DNA of 58,042 bases, the filler included, from Dugesia japonica (taxonomy: Eukaryota): the NCBI GenBank assembly GCA_001938525.1. It is 5 parts of 5 records of this genome, joined end to end, with 100 filler letters (N's around TTAATTAATTAA, not from the genome) between each part and the next. Parts side by side here need not be neighbours in the genome. Positions count along the whole stretch, not along the records: positions 48,989 to 58,042 come from MQRL01580739.1; 4 more parts are not named here. One strand, 5' to 3'. A program made the translations under genes and the position numbers. Below the pieces are notes generated by a model. The model was given only the letters and a program-made list of their open reading frames with translations. It did not search any database and was not told the DNA's origin. Within the stretch, counting starts at the first letter, position 1. Every line of letters begins with the position of its first letter. Of this stretch, positions 48,989 to 58,042 are shown piece after piece.

Positions 48989-49814
48989 TAACTTATAACT
49001 ATTGGATTTCTATAAATAGTTTCTAAATTGTCTATTTATATTTTGCTTGAAATAACGTTTTTGTAATTATTTATCTAGTAATTCTAACATGTTATTCAAA
49101 TTATATAAATCATGTCTTCTAAAATAATAAAAACCTTTTCCATTCTCACCATTCCATAATCAAACCAGTTCAATTATTTATTTACTTTTTCATTCGTCGC
49201 CTCATCCTACCCCATAAGAAATCGTTGAGCGGATAGGGTCCTCATACTAGAGCATGGAGAATCGTTTGAAAATCATTTTCTCGAATAATATGTAACATAT
49301 TTTATTCAAAATAATATGGATATGGTTTACGCGCTTCGTCTCAACTTTAAGCAAAACGTATGAATGTAGCTTAAGTAATCTATGTCTAGATCATAAAATA
49401 AGCTACAGCAGAGCTCTGAAATAGTGGCTGGTGAGATGGAATGGTACGACAGTTGATCTCATCATTTTTTATTTTTTAAAATAAGTAATAAATCAATATT
49501 AGATAAATAAAATAATTACTTAGCAGGATGATCCGATCATCCTTTCATTGTTAACAAAAATGGAACACATTAAATTTATTAACATACGGCATAAGTCTGA
49601 TTCAAAAATAATTGTTGAATTGAATTTTGATAGTTATAAAAATTTTCCATAAATTCTAATAAAATTTTTAAAAAGCGTTTTTAACTGTTTCTTCTCTACT
49701 CATAACAGATTTTCTGAGTCTGTTTATTTTTCTGAAACTGAATCATCCACAGACTTCCTCTCTGTTAATTTGTCAGCTGATTCATTTGGAGAATATTTAT
49801 TTCTTTATTGGAAT

Positions 49815-52310
49815 TAGTTGGGATATGTACATAAAATATGTAATCTGCAAGATAAATCAACGAAAAATGTCATTATACTATTCTATTTACACAACGCATC
49901 AAATTATAATAATCATTTATTTTTCAGAGAATTAGCAAACAAATATCCCAATGATGTGAAAAGAACCATTCCCTATACAAGCGAAAAGTACATTTCATTC
50001 AAATATATAAATATTAGATATCTAGATTCTTTGAGATTATGTGCATTTACTTAAAATAGAATCAATGAGTAATACTCTGGAAACTGTAAATAAATATTTT
50101 ATTCTAGAATCTGATAATTTTAAACTAGAGAAAGGTTTATTTCCATACAAATATGTACAAGGAGAGAATATAATTGATTTGTTAGAATCAGACAAGACTC
50201 CAAGAAGAGATTTCTTCAATAAACTTAAACAGCAAAAATTATCTAAAAAGATTGTAATATATTTAAGAATATAAGAAATTTAATAATATGATAAAGTACG
50301 TGTTGTATTACAAGAAGTTAGATATCTTGATTTTAGCAGATTTCTTTAAAAACTTTAATGACACTTGTTTAAATTTCTACTAGATAGATCCATATTATTG
50401 TTATTCGTCTCCAGGTTTAACAAGGTTTTAGGGACAAAATTTACAAGAATCAATATCCAAAAGAAGTTAGTTATGATCTTCATCTAAAAATTAAAAGAAA
50501 AGTGGGAGGTAAATAAACTGTAGGTTTTGGAGATAGGTAACTATTTGCAAATAAAGACGATGGAACAACACTTACACATTTCGATGAAAATTAATTGTAT
50601 TCAGCATGTATGACAAAACCGTTACCAGCAGGAAAAACCTTTGAATTTCAAGACAAGAATTATACACCTTGTACAACTGAACCAATAAGATATTTAAATG
50701 ATAATCTTCCAATTTACAAGGACTACGTTTATAAAGTTGATCTTGAATGTTCAGCAGATATTCATAAATAAACAAAGTACTTTCCACTTTATCCAGAGAA
50801 AATATTAATAAAAAATTAAATGTTTGCATCATATCAAAATATCTTTGATAAAAAGATTTACAAAAGTAAGATACTAACTCTAAATCAGTTGTATGCAAAG
50901 AATTNTATACAGTTGGATTGTTTTCCGGATTTCTGTTTATCTAAATAAATGAAAATTAAATAAATTAGAATAAATACGAAACGAAAATTATTCCATGGCT
51001 AGAATCCTATATTCAGTTTATTACAGAACAAAGAAATTTAGCTAAAATGAATATAAATGTCTTTACTAATTAATTCTTTAATCAGATTAATGTTAATTAT
51101 GTTTCTATTCAAACATTTAAAACCAGAATGAGTTGATCAATAGTTCCTGAAGATGGCATAGCCAAAATATTGAACCATAGAAGAAAATAGAAGAACATCA
51201 TTTTGATCTTTGAATTTAAAAATAAATTTTAAATGAAAATTTGATTTTACNNNNNNNNNNNNNNNNNNNNNNNNNNNNNNNNNNNNNNNNNNNNNNNNNN
51301 ATATCAAAATATCTTTGATAAAAAGATTTACAAAAGTAAGATACTAACTCTAAATCAGTTGTATGCAAAGAATTATATACAGTTGGATTGTTTTCCGGAT
51401 TTCTGTTTATCTAAATAAATGAAAATTAAATAAATTAGAATAAATACGACACGAAAATTATTCCATGGCTAGAATCTTATATTCAGTTTATTACAGAACA
51501 AAGAAATTTAGCTAAAAGGAATATAAATGTCTTTACTAATTAATTCTTTTATCAGATTAATGTTAATTATGTTTCTATTCAAACATTTAAAACCAGAATG
51601 AGTTGATCAATAATTCCTGAAGATGGCATAGCCAAAATATTGAACAATAGAAGAAAATAGAAGAACATCATTTTGATCTTTGAATTTAAAAATAAATTTT
51701 AAATGAAAATTTGATTTTACCAAATATTCATTTATACCTTAAAAGATATCAGAAAAAGATCTAATGTTACAATTGTTACAAGTGATAAAAAATTCAAAAA
51801 GAAGCTAGCAAACTTAGTCACAAATCAAGTAAAATATTTTTTTAAGACAGCCCATACGTATGAAGGAAACAAGTTTATTTCACATTTGCAATTTACTATC
51901 CCAAAATATAAGAAATTAGTAATCTGTGATTTTATTTATGATAAATTGGAATCTATAATTCCAAATTAAAATAATACATTATAGTAACACTGATTCACCA
52001 TTTGGTGAATTTATAGGTCAATAAATTTGTGGAAAAATAAAACATTTACTTGGAAACCAATTGATCCAAATGTAAGATGAATCAGAAAATTCTAAAATAA
52101 CAACATATAATTTCATAAAGACAAAATTCATATGCTAATGAATATGAGAAAGAAACACTAAGAAGTTTCAAAATTTTATGAAAGATTTCGATCATGTTCT
52201 AAATTTACATGATGTGATATTTGGAATAAGTTACAGTTTAATATCAAATAAACATGAAATACAAATAATAGAAAATTGATAAATAGCATATGACATAAAT
52301 GGGAAACCTT
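49815..52310 (+). pseudogene. Heavily decayed pPolB, lineage A, intein-free
   Basis: LHNASNYNNHLFFREL, IRYLDS, KGLFPYKY, LDILILADF, SACMTKPLPAG and IHYSNTDS at about 51974-51997. Confidence 0.85.
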
Positions 52311-52589
52311 TTTAATCTTAGATGCCACATTTAAATAAGGATTTAATGAAGGAGGTTGCATTAGTTAATATGTCGACCTGTGATGAAATTATTAAAATTT
52401 TTAGGTAGTTATTTTTATTAATAAGCAATTATTTTCAAATTTAAATACAACTTCAAATAAGAATAATAAAGTGGAAGTATATTTAAATAAATTTATTATA
52501 AAGAAACACAATAGAAAAACTAATAAAATTTAATTCCGCGAGATATTTGTACATTATTCAAATATCAATTAATACAAGAACTACTATTT

Positions 52590-52639
52590 ACAGAGGCCAC
52601 GTAAATAAATTCACGAAGGCCGAAGGTTCCCCATCTCTG
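52590..52639. mobile_element. hAT-like 3' terminus remnant
   Basis: GGCCAC...GGCCGAAGGTTCCCCATCTCTG resembles a hAT/Charlie end. Confidence 0.4.
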
Positions 52640-53609
52640 GCATATGATGATAACTAAAATTATACTTGGCCAAAAAATCCATTGTTAAAAATGCCAAAAA
52701 TATTGTCTGAAATTAGGTGAAATAAATAATAAATTAGACTGTAGCATGTAAATGTATTAAGTAGATGAAAAAAGAAAAACAGATGTAGTTATTTTACAAT
52801 TTTAATAAACAATTAGGTGGAATTATAATATTTGTGATAATCCAGTAATTTTTATAAATATTTTCTAATACAGTTATTTATTCATTTAGAATCATGAATT
52901 TCTTCTGCTTCTTTCAAATTGTTTTTAATTGCCATCCAACTCATTGAAAATTATTTTACAATTGGATATTTTTCACACACTATAAAATCTTTTTAATTTG
53001 TATACATAAGAAATACTATAATTCCAATTATTTTCTATTACTTGTATTGTTTTTAATAGAATATATTTTTTATTATTACATTTGCTTTTAAATTTATGAA
53101 CATTCTTTCAATTTCACAATAAACTACTAGTAAACTATTATAGATATTTGTGGAAATATCTGTTAGAATATTAATATTATTTATCACTTGTGTACTAAAT
53201 TATTTTTCATAATTACTTGAATGAAAATTTACTACAAGTGACTCTATTTCATTAGTTATATCCACAGAATTCTTAGTAGAATTTTCCATTTTTTCTATAA
53301 AAGATATTTCTTTTNNNNNNNNNNNNNNNNNNNNNNNNNNNNNNNNNNNNNNNNNNNNNNNNNNNNNNNNNNNNNNNNNNNNNNNNNNNNNNNNNNNNNN
53401 NNNNNNNNNNNNNNNNNNNNNNNNNNNTCTTTCAGAATTAATTCTCATGAAATGTATATGATTATAAACCAAACTATTTACTGGAAAATAATTTTGATTA
53501 GTTAATTCCATAATTTTTGATTTCAAGAAATCAGATGTATTGATTGATTCTGTAAATTTAGATTTATCTTCTAATTTTTCTGAACCCCTTTTACAAGAAT
53601 CAAAACTAA

Positions 53610-54420
53610 AGACGGCTTTAAGTACAAAGATGGGTCAATTTGGTTTTGATCGAATGCCCTTGGGATTATGTACTGCACCAAGAACATTTCAAAGCTTGAT
53701 GCATAAAATAATTGAAGGAATGTTGTACAAAGGAGTATTAGTATATCTGGATGATATTTGAATATATGGTAAAACTAAAGTGGAGCACGACAAATGAGTT
53801 GGTAAGGTTTTTCAGCTACTAGAAGATGCGGGTTTAAAAATAAATCCAAGTAAATGTGTTTTCAATTCCGAGAAGCTAAAATTTTTAGGACATACAATNA
53901 GCGCTAAAGGTGTAGAGACAAATGATGAAACCATCAAAAAAATTCGAGAAGCCGTAACGCGCCACACAAATACGAGCGTTCTTAGGATTAACAAATTATT
54001 ACATACGTTTAATAAAAGATTATGCTTTACTTGCAGCACCATTGTATGTAGTGACGACAGGACAAGAAAGGAGCATTGAATGGACAAAAGAATGTGAGAA
54101 TAGTTTTCAATCTTTGAAGATAAAATTGTGTAGTGCTCCGACTTTAACTTTCCTAAATAATAGGGGCAAAATGATATTGGATACTGATGCTAGCTTTGGA
54201 GCAATTGTAGCGGTTTTGAGTCAAATAACGGATAATGGATTGGAACAGGTCATAGGGTATGGTTCTCGAACTTAAAACAATCACGTAAAATGATATTGTG
54301 TTACTTGCAAGGAATGTTTAGCTCTACATAAGTTTACTATGTACTTTAAACACTACTTGTATGGCAAAAAAATTAGAGCAAGGACGGATCATAAGACATT
54401 GACTTTTATGACGAAGACTA
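53610..54420 (+). pseudogene. Ty3/Gypsy pol fragment (RT-RNase H)
   Basis: KTAL..RMPLGLCTAPRTFQ..VYLDDI, KFLGH, LDTDASFGAIVAVLSQ and RTDHKTL. Confidence 0.9.
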
Positions 54421-57400
54421 GTAACTGTCTTTGCAGAAATATCCTTCAATGGTATTAACGCTATATATCTACAAAATCATCGATGATTCTTAAAATATAT
54501 GAATATTCCTCGCAATTTGATAGCGGTCCCATTTTATCCCAACATATCATTTCAAATGGTTCTGTCGCTGTAAAAGAGTTTTTGATATTGTATCCAATTT
54601 TATTTCCCTACTTTCTCTCAGCACAGTGCATACAATTTGCTTCAAACTTCTCCGTATCTTTTATCATATTTATCAATTCATGATATCTCTTGATATTAGT
54701 CAAAGTTTGTTTAGCGTTTCGATGGCCTAATCGACCGTGAAAATATTTTAAAAATCATTTTTTTTAATTTTTATTTTACTCTTTGTGGGTATCTTTTAAT
54801 TCATTGATTTGTTGATAATCTTTATCATCTGAAACGCTCTGGTTAGAGTTTGACAATTTGACATTTCGTCTAGTTTTTGGGTCGAAATGTTTGTTTTCCC
54901 ATTGTTTGCATTGGAATTCTCTGGAAAGTGCGTCTGCGTTTGCATGTAATTATCCTTTTTGATACTGAATTTCAAAATCATACATACTCAGCTCATCAAT
55001 CCAGGAGCAGTTTTGTGACGTATTTGCTCTTTTTCAATTAAACACCCAATTAAACTTTTGTCTGGCGAATAATAAATTTCTTCTCCAATAAATAATGCTT
55101 GTATTTCCTCATAAAGTAATAAACCGCCATGAGTTATTTCCTTGGTGATACAATACATATTTTCTGCATTCGATAATTTCTTAGATCCATAACTTTACTT
55201 TTTCTTCGTTATTTTGAATTTGACTTAAAACTGCTCTCATTGCAAAGTGACTAGCATAGTATCCAATACGAAAATATTATTCCTATTTGGGAACGATAAA
55301 ATTGGTGCGCTTATGAGTGCATGTTTCAGACTTTCGAAAGGTGCCTTAAAAAATTCTTCCCATGTTAAATCTATTTTTTCCCCGTTTCTCGTGAGATTTG
55401 CATCTCTTAAAATATTATCTAGAGGCTTAACAATATCCTCAAATAAATCTTCTGTAAAAATTGCAAAACCCTAGAAAACCTGATAATTCTTAAGAATTCT
55501 TCAATTCTTTACCGCACTATTTTTTTCTGGATCAGTTGTCACTCCTTAACTTGATATTATGTAACCCAAATATTTTACTGAAGTTTTCATAAAAACGCAT
55601 TCCTTGGGAGATAACAAAACTCCACACTGCCATGTCTTCTCTTACACCGTTTTCAGTCTTTCGTTGTGTTCATTTATGCTTTTTCTAAAAATCAAAATAT
55701 CATCGAGATATATTAAGCATTTATCGAAAATTTCTTCTCTAAGAACTAAATGCAATAATCGTTCGAAATTTGCTGGTGCACCATACAGTTCAAAAGACAT
55801 ACGATTAAATTCATACAAACCATTTTGTGTAGCAAAAGCTGGTTTTCCTCTATCTTTGTCATTTATTTCTACATTGTAATAACCACTAGATAAATTAAGT
55901 GTATTACAAAATCTTGATCCAGCAAGTAAATCAAACAACTATTGGTTATCTGGAATGGAATGTATAGATCTCTTAGGAACTGAGTTTAATTTTCTATAGT
56001 CTATTCATAATCTAATGTCTCCAACAACAATAGGTGAAGACCACAGACTTGAAATCTCGCGTATGATTCCGTTTTAATGAAGCTCTTTGATCCTTTCATC
56101 GATTTTACTCTCTAGATAAATGGGAGCTCTTTGTAATAGTTGAGCCATAGGTCTAAGATCAGTTACATCTATTTTGTGTTTTTAAAGTGTACAATGTTCG
56201 ATATCATAATTATCTGTACTAAATATATCTTTAAATTCTGTTAATATCTTTGTTACAATATTTTTCGTATTTTTATCGATATCAACTGAAGGTCTGTTTA
56301 TAATCTTATTCATTATGCATTGGATATACCTCATCCCGGTATCTTGATATATTCTATTAATATTTCCAATATTATCTTCTGTGTCATCTACAATCTCCAT
56401 ACAACATAAACTCGTATTTCTAAACATTATAATGTCTTTATTTTTTAAGTTAATTATTCTTATTGGGATTTTACTAGTTTCTCTAACATAAGACACACTA
56501 TTAGCAGCTACAACACCTATATTTGTTAACTTATCTTTATAAGGACTAAATAAAACTTTCTTCAAACAAAGAAATATCGCTATCTACACTCGTTAAAACA
56601 GTTACTTCCTCTTTTCTCAAAATTGTAACTGATTTTTTAATATAACTCTTACTGTACACATTTAAGCTTCATTTACACTTCTTACACTATTATCTGGATC
56701 ATCGGATACAGTACTCTTTAGTTTTTCGCTAACTGTCTTATTTTGGATATGAAAGATACTTTTATTTCATCTTAAGTTCACAATATAGTTTTGGTAAAAT
56801 CGAAAGGTTCATTTTTTCATATTTCTTATTCCTATTATGACTTCTGGAGCAATTTATCTACAAAAGTCTTCCTAATTCTATCAGATTTATTTCGTATAGT
56901 TACATTTATAAAAGAATATCCAATTATCTTAATGGGAGAGCCATTTGCACATGTTAACGTCTTTTTTGATTAAAGCAGCAGGACGTTTTCTTTTTCTCAG
57001 ATCATTTTAAATAGTTTGAAATCCATTATGCGGGAATCTATAAAAATTGTTCTTCTTGTTCTACTTTGCCTTTGATTATTGGTTTGTTTGCGTTGGCTAC
57101 TCAACAAAAATGAAAAGATCAAATCGTTATTATAGCAAATCGAATTAATATTTTAATACCACATTACAACAGATGAATACAAAATTTTACTTGTTTAATC
57201 TAGATTGATCTACAATGGAGATAAAAATCGGGGGGATTTTTATACTCTTTTGCCCTGGACCACAACATTCCTTAGATTGGTGCCTATTTTTCCTTTCCAT
57301 TCTTAAGTTTCTGATTGCTGCTGACACTGAGTTTTCTAATTTTTCTGAAAATTTTAGACTTTCTATTGGTGCCTACTTTTTGGGTACCTTGTGTTTTTAG

Positions 57401-57835
57401 TTGCTTTGTTTTTTGTTTATTTTGGCCTCTCATTGCCCTGATCTATAAAGTCTTTTTTTGAACCAACATGCCATTGTGCTTCTGAATTTTCTTTCTCGAG
57501 CTTCTTCCAATTTTCCTGAAAGAAGATATCCCTCTTTAATCGATTTTCTCGTAATTAACTTTCTTTTCAGAATAAAATTAATTAATTTTTTCCTTTATTT
57601 TCCAATCATAATTTAATAGTGATTTTCTCGTTTTTTGATTATAAATTATAATTATTTTAATTATAATTATTTGTCGTTGCCTTCATTATGATAGTATTCC
57701 TTTTCTTATTAACTTTAACATTCCAGATCTTCTTTTTAATTATTTATTTCAGATTATTATTAACTGATATATATTATTGGTTATTCTAGCTGACACAATT
57801 TCACTTCTTCTTAATAACCCATGTTTGGGCCCCTA
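54420..57835 (-). mobile_element. Degenerate Ty3/Gypsy element (gag-pol to integrase), convergent with the previous fragment
   Basis: RT: WSSPIVV, DYRKLN, AFAT..GLYEFNRMSF.L.GAPANF and IYLDDIL. RNase H: LDT..ASHFA..AVLSQ and YFMRKYKHYL. Integrase: HGRLGH, C..C and PFE..C.D..GPL. Candidate degenerate PBS at about 57818-57835. Confidence 0.85.
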
Positions 57836-57838
57836 ATA

Positions 57839-58020
57839 TGTTTCCATCTATGATCAGGTGTTTCACCCTAATACTAATAATAAGAAATATATATTTGTAG
57901 TGTTAAAATATTTTAAAAAGTAATATGTAATTGATAGGTATTCAAAAAAAAATTAACAAAAAAGGTAAATAATCCGATCTATGTATACTAATAATAATAA
58001 TTAAAATATATTATGTAACA
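57839..58020 (-). repeat. Candidate 5' LTR of the minus-strand Gypsy element
   Basis: TGTTAC...GGAAACA ends, followed by a PBS-like sequence. No second copy in the window. Confidence 0.3.
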
Positions 58021-58042
58021 TAGAATTTTCGTATTGATTTAT

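Noticed and set aside
50831-51720. Tandem duplication of about 420 bp within the pPolB pseudogene
   Set aside because: Nearly identical copies flank a 50-N gap: probably unmerged overlapping contig ends or haplotypes.

Overview
This is very AT-rich eukaryotic DNA, most likely from an animal: it contains spliced ionotropic glutamate receptor exons. The window is five unrelated contigs joined by artificial 100-bp linkers (N44-TTAATTAATTAA-N44 at 11451, 22314, 35283 and 48889), so adjacency across linkers means nothing. Polinton/Maverick (adintovirus-like) elements of at least two lineages dominate. One is a nearly complete but decaying gene cassette (11551-22313: pPolB end, pX-like, conserved ORF, penton, protease, repeat protein, TM protein, ATPase, integrase). 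A related copy starts at about 42439 with a full-length pPolB. Many pPolB, ATPase and penton remnants and TIR termini are scattered around these. Contig 3 holds iGluR exons next to a nested TE stack (piggyBac end; hAT interrupted by a non-autonomous Polinton that holds a foldback element, and by an RLE-type non-LTR retrotransposon). Contig 5 holds Gypsy remnants. The main result is a 198-aa mini-intein (45910-46503; S...TEDH...VYDIET...KN/T) inserted in the catalytic YxD|TDS motif of the Polinton protein-primed DNA polymerase. Intein-free alleles of the same element family occur elsewhere in the window. Pseudogene and repeat boundaries were read by eye and are approximate; family names come from motif recognition, not database searches.
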